A stretch of DNA of 64,000 nt from a virus (Duplodnaviria; Heunggongvirae; Uroviricota; Caudoviricetes), in IMG/VR virus record IMGVR_UViG_3300037321_000115. The stretch is one strand, 5' to 3'. The notes under the pieces are model-generated. The model did not search any database. It was not told the origin of the DNA and worked only from the letters and a program-made list of their open reading frames with translations. Shown piece after piece: positions 9,064-19,849 of the stretch. A program made the position numbers and the translations under genes. Position 1 is the first letter of the stretch. The number at the start of each line of letters is the position of its first letter.

Positions 9064-12000
9064 ATGGTAGACCGTGCCGGATTGATGTTGCCAGAGTCGC
9101 GCGCAGCGGCTATGGAGCTTGGCCCTCAAGATGCCTTTGGTGTCGCGCTACGAGACCCGTCCCGAGCCAGTGGGCTAGGCGCGCTGGGCGCGACCATGGC
9201 GGATGTGCAAGTTGCTTTTGAGCAGGTCGTAAACCAGCCTGCGCCTGACTACACTACGATGCGCGCCCCGCAGGCGCCGGCCGGGCCCGCGGTCTACTTT
9301 GACCAAGCTCGCAACCTGTTCTCTGTAAACGGGTACGCTTTCGACGCGGAGGATTACAATTCTGCCGTACAGTCCCGGCCATATTTGGACGCAGAGCCTG
9401 CGCAGCCACCCGCGGGGGGGACGTGGACCCGGATAGGCACCGGTATGTACGAGCAGTACATGACGCAGATCGAAGACCCCACGCTAGGTACGCGTTTTGC
9501 GCGCAGTTTTGACATTGGGGTACAGAACCTAAAGACATTGGGCGGCGCAGGCCTGCAGTTCCTTGGGGCTGAGGAGACCGGCGCAGGTGTTGTCAATCGT
9601 GCCAGCACAGAGCTCGAGCGGCTGTCGCCCTTCCAAGCCTCAGTCGCTGACGTTCGCTCCGGTGAACTCGGCGCGATTGAATATGCTGTGTCTTTGCTGG
9701 GTCAGCAGGGCCCCAACATTCTTGAGAGCGTTGGTACCGCGCTCGTCGGTGCAGCCGCTGGTGGTGCTGCGTCTGCCAACCCTGTCGGTGCGGCCCTCGG
9801 CGGTTTCGGTGCTATGCTGTCGAAAGGCGCGATCAAGACTGCGGCCAAAGAGGCAGCGGAAGCCTACGCCCGTGGCGCAGCCTCGGCCGGACAGAAGAAA
9901 TTACTGGCCCGTATCGGTGGCGCAGCTGCTGCGACAGCGGTCAACAACTACGCCATGGGCGTTTCAGACATATACAGTGAGACTCGCCAGCAGGGCGCAG
10001 GCCCAGAGAACACGGATGCGCGCGCAATATCTGCGGCCCTCGGTATCCCGTACGCCGTACTGTCCACGATCCCAGAAGCTATTGCCGCCGGGCGGTTGTT
10101 TGGGCTTTCGAACGCTGCGGGCGGAGTCTTCCGCCGCGTAGCCACTGGTGCCACAACCGGTGCGGCACTGGAAGGTGCTACCGAAGCTGGGCAAGAAGCC
10201 CTTACCATGGCTGGGGGTGAGCAGTTCGGCGGGGACTATTCAGACGACTATCTTGCCCGCCTTATCGAAGCTGGTGTAGCCGGCGCAGTCGTCGGCGGCG
10301 GTATCGGTGGCGTGGTAAACCTACGCGCCGGTAAACCAACTGATATCTTACAGGGGCGGCAAGAGCCGCCTGCAGATACCGACCCCGCCTTGCGTGCGTT
10401 ACCGGCACCTGAGGCCGCGCTTGGCCTACCGATCTACCCCACTGACGCCGCTGACGCCGCTGCCGCAGCGCAGCCTACGGGTTTGCTGGCCCCTCCAGCG
10501 CCTATGCTACCTGCGCCTGACCGTAGTGCAGCCGCCGCCCCGGATATTATTACGCCCCCCGCGCCGCCCGTGGCTCCTGCGCCCGTGGCTCCTGCGCCCG
10601 TGGCTCCTGCGCCCGTGGCTCCTGCGCCCGCAACCCCGCAAAGTCTAGGCCTTGAAGGTCCTGTAGCTGAGGGTTTCAATATTGCTGCTACGCGGCAAGG
10701 CCCACCGACCCCGCCGACCCCGCCGACCTCGGCGGCAGCGCCTACAATCACTGCGCCCAACCAGTTGCAGCAACAACTTATGCAGCTGCAGCAAAGACAG
10801 CAGGCAGCGCAGCAGGCCGCACAGCAGCCAGCCCCTGTGGTAGCACCGCCAGTCGAAGCACCTATCGAGACTGCAGTGGAGTCTGCGCCAACTGGCGAGA
10901 TTACCCCTCGGGAATACGACGCAGCCTACGGCGGCTGGGAGGAGACACGCGCTGGTCAGCCCAACCCGGACGTACTTCCGGCGCTGCCACGTCTGAACAA
11001 GAAGGCCCAGCGTGAATGGGCTATGGCAGTGCGCGCGGGTACCGCAGACGCTGCCCTGTTCGGGCGGCTTGCGAAGCGTAAAGTCAGCAAGGCAGAGCCA
11101 CTGGTAGCCACTGGTGTAACCGCCACGCGTGAAGCCGACATCAATGCTATGCAGCAGCAGGTAGCTACCGCCCGTGCGACTGAGGCCACACAGCAAGACC
11201 TTCAAGGGCAGTCCGCTACCCTTCGCGCGCTCGGGCAGCGGATGGAGCGGGCACGCCCACCGCTACCGGCTAACACATACGGCGCAGAGGGCGGTGCGCC
11301 ATTCCGAAACAAAGCACAGGCCAACGCACCGGCCAACCGCAAGCGCGTTGCTGAGCAGATCACTCAAGAGACTGACCAGCAGGTCACCCCTAAAGACCTC
11401 GAGGCTGTGGAAGTTGCAGGCGGCTGGGCGCTGCGCGTGAAAACTCCGCCTGCATCACCGGCTCCTAAGCCCACCCTTAAGAGAGGAAAACCTGATGCCA
11501 TTCGTAAGCAAGGCACAAAAGAGAGCGCTCTACGCAAAGGACCCAAAGCTAGCGGAGAAGCTCGAAGCGGAGACACTAAAGGACAAACCACTGCCGGAGA
11601 GGCTACCCAAGAAGCCGCCCAAGAGGATACCACCCAAGAACAACCGCCTGTTCGGGAAGCTGAAGTAACACCAACTCCGGCGAAGCCTGCGAAGCCTGCG
11701 AAGCCAAAGAAAGTAAAGCTACCGGCGGAGCAGACAGACGCAGAGCTCGACCGGTCTATAGCAATGGGCGCTGTGGAGACCGCCGAGGATGTAATCCTCA
11801 ACGACGCGCGCAAGAAGCGTACCCTGCTTACGCAGGCAGAGCTCGACGCGGGTGTAGAACTGACCGTGCTTAGTCAGAACTCTGACCCAGAGGTGGCAGC
11901 GGCCGCGCTGGATGCGCTCGAGCTTAATCTGTCCGGCACTCAGTACAAAGAACTTGCCTCGTATGTAGAGCGCGCGAACAACCACGGGAGCCTCGGAGGT

Positions 12001-15000
12001 AACCGGACCGACGCAGACTTCGCGGCCAAAGAACTACAGGCCATGGTCACCATGTTCAACTCCGGTGCCGTACCCGACAACAGCGTGTCGGCGTTCGAGG
12101 CGCGGTTTAGAGAGCTGGCCGCGCGCGTGCGTAACAGCGACCCTAAGGCAGACGTCCTCGGGTACGCTACGGTAAGCAATTCGCCAAACAAAAAGATGGG
12201 GAAGATCGCCCACACCACCCCCAACACAAAGCCCAGTGGTGCGTTCTCACTTGCGTCGCTGGCCGATGCTGTCCTTGGCAATGGTAAGCGCGCAACGCCT
12301 CTGCCTGCTGGTAAGCAGCGGATGCTCGCCCGGAATATACTCAACAAGTTTACGGTAAAGCCCGAGCTGTCTGTGTTTGCAGACCAAGCTGACCTGAAGG
12401 CGCGCAACCCTGCGCTCTACAAACGCGCTGCTGCAGCGCGCACGCAGGGTGACTTCAATACTGCACCGGCTGTGGGGTACTTCTTCGACAACCACGTTAT
12501 TATCTTCAGCGACCGTGTCGCCACGCGCCAGCAGCTGGAGTTTGTCGTCGCCCACGAAGTGCTAGGCCACTTCGGACTGCGGTCCGTGCTCGGTGCGTCC
12601 GAGTTTAACGCACTCATGGACTCCTTCTACACCGACAGCGCGCCCTACATGAAGATCGCCGTCGACGATATGGTCGCGGCACGTGGTATGCCACGTGCGG
12701 AAGCTGTTGAGGAATACCTCTCGGACTTCGCCGCGCGCGTGGAGATCAGTATCCTGCGCCAGTGGTGGGCCAAAGCCAAAGACGCTCTGAACAAGATTGG
12801 CTTCAAGTTCGACGATGATGTCGCGCGCTACCTTATGAACCAGAGCCGTAGGTACCTGCGCACTGGGGAGAGAGGCTCTGTGTTCGACACTGACCGCGTC
12901 GCTATTACTATGCACCAGCTCGACGCCGGTACGGACCCCGCTGGGGTGGGGCGCTTTAGTACTGCTGCAGAGCAGGCACCGATCCGCGCGCTGGGCCACA
13001 TGGTGGATGACCCGGGCCGCGTCATGCCATCGTCTATCCAAGACGCACAGGACAAGTTCACGCGCGCGGCAGAGGTACTGGGTTTCGCACCTAAGGACCT
13101 CGCCAACAAATGGGATTCGCTTAAGCGCAACATTGCCACCCCGACTATCTTTCGCGCCATGCGCAACGAAGGGTTCCAGAGGGTATTCGATATCCTACGG
13201 GATCGGCACAACTTCGCGCGCGCAATGATGACACAGATGCAAGAGCGTCGTGGTATCGCGCTTAACCCACGAATCGAAGCACTGGCTGGACTTGGCATGG
13301 GTGGTAGCGGGATCAGCGTGGAGGGTAGGGCTAAGGCAGGGTACGTGCTAAAAGCCAACCGCATGTTCAAGTCGTACAACTCTAAGCCACTGACCGCGCG
13401 CAACACGCCCAAGCTGTTCTTGCGGGAGCCCGCGACTGGTAAGCTCCGCCCGGTGGAAGCCACGTTCGACAAGCTCCTCAAAGAGAACAGACTGCCCCGC
13501 GAGGAGTGGGCCAAGGGCGTGCGGGTGCCTTATGACACACCCCTGCAGATGACCGCCGCAAAGCGCGCTGAGCTTGCGGCTGAGCGCGACGCCGCTGTCG
13601 CAGCAGCCACGACGGACAAAGCGAAGAACCGTATCACGCGAGACTACAAGGCGCAGATTGAGAGCAATACCTACACAGGTGTAGCGTACCTCGACGTGAA
13701 GCAAGAGTTCACCGACCTTGAATGGGGTGCGTTCAACCAAGAGCTGGACGCAGTAGCGTACACCGCGCGCGACGTACTGGAGAGTATCCTCACCAAGTAC
13801 GACCAAGAGGTATCCTACTCATACCGCCGACTAGAGAAGCAGATGACTGCCGCTATGACAGATGACGACCGCGCCCTGATGGACCGCGCAGTTCGTCGGT
13901 ACGTGGAAATACAAGACGCGGGCTTAACCACCTTTGAGGATGGGCAGATCGACCCGTCGACTCGGGACACAGCCGGAGCAGAAAAGTTCCTGATCCAGTT
14001 CAACGCTGCCCTGCTGGGCACAGGCCGTGACCGTATCTATGGGCTGTTTACTCCGAACGCGGACAACAACGGCGTCGTAGCGTTCCCCGAGAGCGAGCGG
14101 CAAGAGCTCGTAGACATGATTGACGGGCTTCGTGCCCGGTATAATCCGCCATCAAAAGACGGAGGCTCACCGGCCGCCGAAGCTCGGCGCGTGGTGCAAC
14201 GTGAAGTCCAGCTCATTGCACAGCAGCTCACTGTGACTCAAGACGCTGAGAAGGCTGCTGTCCGTACGATTCAGACAGCATATGTGCCTATCGTGCGTGC
14301 GGGTGAGTACCAGACGAGCGTGGTGTTCACCGCGGCGGGCGGTACTAAGTTCGCACTTGGTGAGAGCTACCGTGAGCAAGCCCCGTACATGCAGTTCGCA
14401 AAGCAGTCAGACGCTGACCGCGCAGCCACAGAGATCATAGACCTGTTCGGTGACATTGAGCATACCGTAGAGGTGTGGGACCCAGAGGCTGACAACGGCC
14501 GCGGCAAGCTCGTGATGAAGAAGGGTAAGCTGTCGGCAAGCAGTGGCACTGTCCTCGACGCACCTACCACGGACCCAGAAATCAGCCACGACGCCGCGCT
14601 GCGGTTCATTCGCCGGTTTGGTATTTCACTGACACCTCAGAAGCTGGAGCAGATTATTACTGCGTCAACTACCAGTGGTAACCGCGCGATCCTGCGCCAA
14701 CTAAGAGCGGGCTTCACACCCGGTGCACCCAACGACTTGACCAGTGCGATCTCAGCGCACATTGAGTCGCGCGCATCCACCGTCGCACGGAACAAGACCG
14801 GAGTGGAACTGGAGAACGTGCTCGATATCAAGGGCGACGCTAAGGACCTATGGCTCGGTAGCAAGCAGAAGTACGACACACTCAAGTCGGAGTACGAGCG
14901 GCTCAAGGCCGCGGCTAACCCGAACGACGACGCGATCAGCGTGGCGCGCCAGAAGTTTGAGCAGTACCACCGGTGGTATGTCACCGAGGACTCACCTGCA

Positions 15001-16665
15001 AACGCAAACAAGTTCTACAACGAAGCCCGCACGGCAGTGGCGTTCCTAGACCAGCAGAAGGGCGTGCTGGAAACCGACCTCGCAAATAACAAACACATCG
15101 CGGCTTTGCAGATGATGACATCTGTCAGTTACCTTGGTTTTATGGCGGCGTCTGGTGCGCTAAACGTAGCCAGTGTGTTCACCAACGTACCGGCCGCACT
15201 AGGGACAGTGAATCATAAGACGGGTTTCGGGGGCGGCTTCGGGATCATACGCGCAACCACAGAGCTCGCCCGCATGACAAAGGTGGCCGCCGGATTGGGC
15301 GGGCAGAAAGACACCGCCGAGTATTGGAAGGGGCTTACTGCCGCGCAGCTAAAAGACATGGGTATCGCGTCCGAGACGCGGGATTTCATAGCCCTTGGTA
15401 TTGAAAGCGGTATCTTCCAAGCAGCACAGACCAACTCGCTCATCGGCTCGGCCCGTGGGCGCGCCACATCCGGCGGTGCGCAAAAGTTCCTGACGACGTA
15501 CATGGCCCCGTTCAACTGGACAGAGCAGGTGGGCCGTAGGGCCGCGGGCTTGGCGAGCTTTGAACTTATGTTCCAGCGGCATCTGGCTGCCGGCAAGTCA
15601 CGGGAAGAAGCCGCTGAGGCAGCGGCAAAGTTCTCTGTAGAGCTCGTCTCCACTACGCTGGGGGACTACACCTCTATAAACCGACCCACGTTGTTCCGGG
15701 GCGGGGTGCTGCAGTTCGCGTTCATGTTCAAGATGTTCACGGTGAATACTGCGGCACTCGTGGCCAACCTGCCACCGGCGGGGCAGGTCGCACTGTTGGG
15801 GTCGCTGCTACTACTCAGCGGCTTGCGCGGTGTGCCCTACGCCGAAGACATCGAGGACCTCGTCAACACCCTCGCGCAGAAGTTTGGTATACCTATGCCC
15901 AGCATCCGGGACTCTATTCGCCGCAGCGGTGACGAGCTTGTGCCCGGCTTAGGGGAGATACTCGTAAGCGGCGCGCTCAACCGCGTCATACCATTCGACG
16001 TCGGTGTCCGCTTCTCCGCTGGGGACATCATACCGGGCACCGGTATCGGCCTCGCTGGGGCCGATGTGTCGCGCGAGCTCATAGAAATTGGCGGGCCAAT
16101 GGCGTCGTGGATACAGCAGATGGTGGGCACCGTAGGTAATGCGGCCGACATTCTGCCCGGAGGAAAAGCCTTCTCCCTTGAGGCAACACTGCGAGAGTCG
16201 CCGGTATCGTTCCTGCGCGCCGCGGCGGACGCATACGCCTTCGAAAAGCATGGGGCCGTCGTGGATAAACGCGGGTATGTAGTATCAGAAGACTATACCG
16301 CCCTCGTAGGTCTCGGGCGTATCCTCGGCCTCCAGCCGAACGCAGCGTCTGCAGCGTACGGGGCTGTGCGCGAAGCCAAGCTCATCGTGGAGTACCAGAA
16401 GTCTATGTCCGTGTACTACCGTGACCGCATCGTGGCTGCCACAGTGGCTGGTGACAACGCCAAGGTACAGGCGCTGTACGCCGAGGTCCGCGACTGGAAC
16501 GCGTCTGCTGAGGGTACAGGGCTGGAGGTTGTCGGTCTCAACAAACGCGTCAGTAGTGCCTTACGGTCACAACGTATAGGTGCCAGCGAGCGGTTTCTGA
16601 AGACCACGCCGCTGGCCTCAAGGAGTACAGCACAGCGGATCGTGGACGCTTACATTGCAGAGTGA
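9064..16665 (+). CDS. Giant internal virion / large polyvalent protein with zincin-like metallopeptidase motif
   Basis: 2,533 aa; Gly/Ala hydrophobic N-terminal region; Pro-rich linker; VVAHEVLGHFGL (HExxGH); helical C-terminal region typical of large ejection/polyvalent proteins. Confidence 0.75.
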   Translation: MVDRAGLMLPESRAAAMELGPQDAFGVALRDPSRASGLGALGATMADVQVAFEQVVNQPAPDYTTMRAPQAPAGPAVYFDQARNLFSVNGYAFDAEDYNSAVQSRPYLDAEPAQPPAGGTWTRIGTGMYEQYMTQIEDPTLGTRFARSFDIGVQNLKTLGGAGLQFLGAEETGAGVVNRASTELERLSPFQASVADVRSGELGAIEYAVSLLGQQGPNILESVGTALVGAAAGGAASANPVGAALGGFGAMLSKGAIKTAAKEAAEAYARGAASAGQKKLLARIGGAAAATAVNNYAMGVSDIYSETRQQGAGPENTDARAISAALGIPYAVLSTIPEAIAAGRLFGLSNAAGGVFRRVATGATTGAALEGATEAGQEALTMAGGEQFGGDYSDDYLARLIEAGVAGAVVGGGIGGVVNLRAGKPTDILQGRQEPPADTDPALRALPAPEAALGLPIYPTDAADAAAAAQPTGLLAPPAPMLPAPDRSAAAAPDIITPPAPPVAPAPVAPAPVAPAPVAPAPATPQSLGLEGPVAEGFNIAATRQGPPTPPTPPTSAAAPTITAPNQLQQQLMQLQQRQQAAQQAAQQPAPVVAPPVEAPIETAVESAPTGEITPREYDAAYGGWEETRAGQPNPDVLPALPRLNKKAQREWAMAVRAGTADAALFGRLAKRKVSKAEPLVATGVTATREADINAMQQQVATARATEATQQDLQGQSATLRALGQRMERARPPLPANTYGAEGGAPFRNKAQANAPANRKRVAEQITQETDQQVTPKDLEAVEVAGGWALRVKTPPASPAPKPTLKRGKPDAIRKQGTKESALRKGPKASGEARSGDTKGQTTAGEATQEAAQEDTTQEQPPVREAEVTPTPAKPAKPAKPKKVKLPAEQTDAELDRSIAMGAVETAEDVILNDARKKRTLLTQAELDAGVELTVLSQNSDPEVAAAALDALELNLSGTQYKELASYVERANNHGSLGGNRTDADFAAKELQAMVTMFNSGAVPDNSVSAFEARFRELAARVRNSDPKADVLGYATVSNSPNKKMGKIAHTTPNTKPSGAFSLASLADAVLGNGKRATPLPAGKQRMLARNILNKFTVKPELSVFADQADLKARNPALYKRAAAARTQGDFNTAPAVGYFFDNHVIIFSDRVATRQQLEFVVAHEVLGHFGLRSVLGASEFNALMDSFYTDSAPYMKIAVDDMVAARGMPRAEAVEEYLSDFAARVEISILRQWWAKAKDALNKIGFKFDDDVARYLMNQSRRYLRTGERGSVFDTDRVAITMHQLDAGTDPAGVGRFSTAAEQAPIRALGHMVDDPGRVMPSSIQDAQDKFTRAAEVLGFAPKDLANKWDSLKRNIATPTIFRAMRNEGFQRVFDILRDRHNFARAMMTQMQERRGIALNPRIEALAGLGMGGSGISVEGRAKAGYVLKANRMFKSYNSKPLTARNTPKLFLREPATGKLRPVEATFDKLLKENRLPREEWAKGVRVPYDTPLQMTAAKRAELAAERDAAVAAATTDKAKNRITRDYKAQIESNTYTGVAYLDVKQEFTDLEWGAFNQELDAVAYTARDVLESILTKYDQEVSYSYRRLEKQMTAAMTDDDRALMDRAVRRYVEIQDAGLTTFEDGQIDPSTRDTAGAEKFLIQFNAALLGTGRDRIYGLFTPNADNNGVVAFPESERQELVDMIDGLRARYNPPSKDGGSPAAEARRVVQREVQLIAQQLTVTQDAEKAAVRTIQTAYVPIVRAGEYQTSVVFTAAGGTKFALGESYREQAPYMQFAKQSDADRAATEIIDLFGDIEHTVEVWDPEADNGRGKLVMKKGKLSASSGTVLDAPTTDPEISHDAALRFIRRFGISLTPQKLEQIITASTTSGNRAILRQLRAGFTPGAPNDLTSAISAHIESRASTVARNKTGVELENVLDIKGDAKDLWLGSKQKYDTLKSEYERLKAAANPNDDAISVARQKFEQYHRWYVTEDSPANANKFYNEARTAVAFLDQQKGVLETDLANNKHIAALQMMTSVSYLGFMAASGALNVASVFTNVPAALGTVNHKTGFGGGFGIIRATTELARMTKVAAGLGGQKDTAEYWKGLTAAQLKDMGIASETRDFIALGIESGIFQAAQTNSLIGSARGRATSGGAQKFLTTYMAPFNWTEQVGRRAAGLASFELMFQRHLAAGKSREEAAEAAAKFSVELVSTTLGDYTSINRPTLFRGGVLQFAFMFKMFTVNTAALVANLPPAGQVALLGSLLLLSGLRGVPYAEDIEDLVNTLAQKFGIPMPSIRDSIRRSGDELVPGLGEILVSGALNRVIPFDVGVRFSAGDIIPGTGIGLAGADVSRELIEIGGPMASWIQQMVGTVGNAADILPGGKAFSLEATLRESPVSFLRAAADAYAFEKHGAVVDKRGYVVSEDYTALVGLGRILGLQPNAASAAYGAVREAKLIVEYQKSMSVYYRDRIVAATVAGDNAKVQALYAEVRDWNASAEGTGLEVVGLNKRVSSALRSQRIGASERFLKTTPLASRSTAQRIVDAYIAE
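10561..10630 (+). repeat. 15-nt coding tandem repeat (GCGCCCGTGGCTCCT; APVAP)
   Basis: About four near-perfect copies. Confidence 0.85.
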
Positions 16666-19506
16666 CTAGGTGTCACTCTGCATTAACTTAGTAAACACGG
16701 CGTCCTCGTGTGCGTGCTGTAACCCTTCGAGGATTGAGCTCATACGCGGGTGACTCAGGTTGATACCGATGACGTAGCACTGCGGCACGGAGAGCGACGT
16801 GTTCTTAGCGAGCGACGCCTTCTTTGACCTTGGTGTTGCGTCGGCCCCATCCGTAACCAGCTGCTCAGTAAACTCCCGTGGGTTCCCGCCCTTCTCTGCA
16901 AACCACTTGCGGAAGTTCGAACGCTCCAACAGCATAACGCCACCGATAAAGTCAGTTGAGCCGTGCGCCCGTTGGCCGTCAACGCGTACCCGAATCGCGC
17001 CCTTCGGCAGCGTGTCGTATATAGGCTGCGGCCCCTTACCCGGCTCGTGACACACGACAACCGTCTCACGTAGGTGCTCGTTGACATACTCCGAAAGCAG
17101 GTCGAAGTGGTCCAGTGCGTTGTCCTGCACAGCTTCGCGCATGGAGTCCAGCTGCATGATTACCCAGTTGGTGCACTCGACGGAATCGAAGTCGATGATG
17201 CCCCACTCATAGGCCAGCCGCAGGCACAGCTCTGTCAGGACGACAGCAATTTCCCAGTACCGCTCGACGCCGTCGAACTTCACACCATACCGCGACTCGA
17301 ACTCGTCCAGTGCGTTCGCGATCATAGCCCGCAGGCCCTGATCGCCAATCTCCATGATCTTGTGTAGGAACATGCGCCCCGCCCACCCGTAGTTCTCAGT
17401 GAACAGGCGGTGTATCTTACGACCGAAGTCTGTGCCGTCGCCAAACAACGGTGACTTGTTGACCCGGAGCTCCAGTAGACGCGCGAGCTGCGCGTCTGTC
17501 TCATGCCCTGTGGATATCAGCTTACTGGTAATCGGTCTGTTGGTGGACAGCGTTGAGAACAGGGCCCACTCCCGTGGGGCCCTCTCTTCTGCGGTGCGTG
17601 ACAGTCGTGCCTTGTCGCGCCCTTGGCTCACCCAATACAGGTAGTCACCAACGTCCTTGTCCGACATCTGCGTGGCTTCGTCCACCGTCATGGGTAGGTG
17701 GGCATATGTACCAAACCTATTGAATAGAGAGTTCGCAGTGAACTTGGATTGGAAGTGCAGCTTCTCTGGGTCGCCCCATACTGACTGCTGCATCAGCTGC
17801 GCCAGTGACTTACCGCTACCGGATGGGCCATAGAACGAGACGGTCGTACCCTTGAGCCCTGTAAACTGCATGAGGATCGAGGCGAACCCGATGCCTATGG
17901 AGAACTGGTGAGCGTTAAGTTTGCCCTTGCGCAGTAGACCTGTTCCGGCCTTCCACGTCTCGAAGCTGCCCTTCGTGGTATACATGTCGCTACCCGCGCG
18001 CGTGCTGTGGGCAGACAGGCGGATCGTCTCTGCGGTCACGACGCCACTGGTGCTGCGGCGGAACAGGTCGTCGCCAAGGACGAACACTTCATTGTCTTCC
18101 TTCCAGCCCATGGTCGAGTACAGGTTGGTGACTGTCCGTACCTTGCGTAGTTCATTGATGTAAGCGCGTAGCATGATCTGGAAGTACTCCGTTTGCCGCT
18201 TGGTCTCGAGCATGATGCCTTGGTCAGCAACAGCGCCAACGAACTCGCGGTAAGAACCATCGGCTAAGTAGGCAAGCCGCAGCGTAAGGACGAGCCAGCC
18301 AACATGCGGGCGCTCCCACATGAACTGTGCCACCTCGTAGCCCAGCGCCTCGTCATACCCGTAGCTCAAAGGGTACAGGTCAAAGTCGCATATAGATATT
18401 TCTGCCCCGTCTATGACCGCCATCATCCCCTTGGATGTCCGCTTGAACGGTTTAGGTACCGTGATGTCAGTGATGACTTCGGCAGGCGCGGTCGCGCTGG
18501 TGTCCACCTCTTTATGCCGCACACCCAGTCGCGCTGGGCTGCCTATCCTACCAGCATGGACACAACCCTTACACCCAGCAGGGCGCTCGGACTCCAGCTT
18601 GGCACAAGTAGTGGGTCCTGTAGCCTGTGCCTGCCACTGCTGCGTCTTGCGTAACGTGTCTGACTCAGAGTAACTCGGGTGGTGCTCGCTCCACAGCTTA
18701 GCTGTGCCCTCAGGGTCCTCGCAGAACGCAGCCACACCCAGCACGGCGTACCACATGGGCTCGGAAACCTTGCCTTGGTTCTCCGTGGCCCACTTCATCT
18801 GCGCGCAGTTGGATACCACTAGGCTACCAATAGCCGGCGGCATGTCTGTCTTGACTGCTAGGCTGTCCAACAGGCCGCTGTTCTTAGGTTTCACAGGGCC
18901 GGACGTAGCGTTGTAGTAGTACGCCAGCGCCTTGCGCAGTGCATCCACCGTGGTGTCACCACCGTCGAGGATAACACGCACGCGCTTAGGCGCAGTCGGG
19001 TCCTTGTAGTTGTGAGTGCCAACGGGGCGCAGCACCAGCGCGGCGTCTGCCGTCTTGGTCACGTCGATGTCGAAGCCCCGAGCCTTGGCCGCGTCCTTGA
19101 GAGCACGCGCAAGTGGTGTCCACTCATCACGGTCGAGGTCACGATCAAGCACCCAGTAGGTGTGAAGCCCATAACCCGAGCGCACGACCAGCGGCTTGGG
19201 CAAACCTATTTCTTCTATGAACTTGCCGAGGGCTTGTAGCCCCTCTTTCCACGTGGGGAACGGCTTGTCTGGACCGCAGTCTACGTCAATGGTGAGCACG
19301 CGGATCGCGTGTACGTTCACCTGCTTACGACTGCTGGCGTCCTTGAAACTAGAAATAGCAAAGTAAGTGTCCTGCCCACGCTGGTCTCTGTCTAGTACTG
19401 CTTCGGTCAAGTCGGTGATCGAATCATAGAACCGCTGTGCGCGACCCCATGAGCAGTACTTCCCCCCTGTTGGCAGAACACGCTGGAGAAAGTCCAACGT
19501 ATCCAT
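16666..19506 (-). CDS. DNA primase-helicase (RepB/AEP-like primase, PriCT-like region, DUF927-type helicase)
   Basis: LTIDVD, VVRSGYGLHTYW and LRPVGTHNYK primase motifs; Walker A YGPSGSGKS; MTVDEAT; QGRDKARL. Confidence 0.85.
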   Translation of the reverse strand: MDTLDFLQRVLPTGGKYCSWGRAQRFYDSITDLTEAVLDRDQRGQDTYFAISSFKDASSRKQVNVHAIRVLTIDVDCGPDKPFPTWKEGLQALGKFIEEIGLPKPLVVRSGYGLHTYWVLDRDLDRDEWTPLARALKDAAKARGFDIDVTKTADAALVLRPVGTHNYKDPTAPKRVRVILDGGDTTVDALRKALAYYYNATSGPVKPKNSGLLDSLAVKTDMPPAIGSLVVSNCAQMKWATENQGKVSEPMWYAVLGVAAFCEDPEGTAKLWSEHHPSYSESDTLRKTQQWQAQATGPTTCAKLESERPAGCKGCVHAGRIGSPARLGVRHKEVDTSATAPAEVITDITVPKPFKRTSKGMMAVIDGAEISICDFDLYPLSYGYDEALGYEVAQFMWERPHVGWLVLTLRLAYLADGSYREFVGAVADQGIMLETKRQTEYFQIMLRAYINELRKVRTVTNLYSTMGWKEDNEVFVLGDDLFRRSTSGVVTAETIRLSAHSTRAGSDMYTTKGSFETWKAGTGLLRKGKLNAHQFSIGIGFASILMQFTGLKGTTVSFYGPSGSGKSLAQLMQQSVWGDPEKLHFQSKFTANSLFNRFGTYAHLPMTVDEATQMSDKDVGDYLYWVSQGRDKARLSRTAEERAPREWALFSTLSTNRPITSKLISTGHETDAQLARLLELRVNKSPLFGDGTDFGRKIHRLFTENYGWAGRMFLHKIMEIGDQGLRAMIANALDEFESRYGVKFDGVERYWEIAVVLTELCLRLAYEWGIIDFDSVECTNWVIMQLDSMREAVQDNALDHFDLLSEYVNEHLRETVVVCHEPGKGPQPIYDTLPKGAIRVRVDGQRAHGSTDFIGGVMLLERSNFRKWFAEKGGNPREFTEQLVTDGADATPRSKKASLAKNTSLSVPQCYVIGINLSHPRMSSILEGLQHAHEDAVFTKLMQSDT

Positions 19507-19533
19507 GTGTCACGCCTTACTCTGATGTAATAG

Positions 19534-19560
19534 GGGAGGGTTTATCCCTCCCCGTTTTGT
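19534..19560 (+). terminator. GC-rich hairpin with a T-rich tail on the plus strand, between the HTH gene and primase
   Basis: GGGAGGG-TTTAT-CCCTCCC followed by GTTTTGT. Confidence 0.45.
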
Positions 19561-19564
19561 TACT

Positions 19565-19849
19565 CTACTCGACGGTCCCTAAAATCTCAAGCAGAGAGCG
19601 CAGCCTGTCGTTGCTGTGTTGGAACTTGGCCCCGTCGGGGGGCCAAGCGCCGTCTTTCAGAAGGGGCAGGAGCTGCCGCAGCAGGTCCCGAACGCGCTTA
19701 TCGTTGCGCTCCCGTAGCGGCCCGCCGTCCACCCACTTATAGTAGGTGGCGCGGGACACTTCGAGCAGCCGGCACATGTCCTTGATCGTAAGGCCCATGC
19801 GCTCGCGGACTAGCTCCACCTTCTCAAAATCGAGAGGTGTATTAGTCAT
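19565..19849 (-). CDS. XRE-family HTH transcriptional regulator
   Basis: VRERMGLTIKDMCRLLEVSRATYYKW helix-turn-helix. Confidence 0.85.
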   Translation of the reverse strand: MTNTPLDFEKVELVRERMGLTIKDMCRLLEVSRATYYKWVDGGPLRERNDKRVRDLLRQLLPLLKDGAWPPDGAKFQHSNDRLRSLLEILGTVE

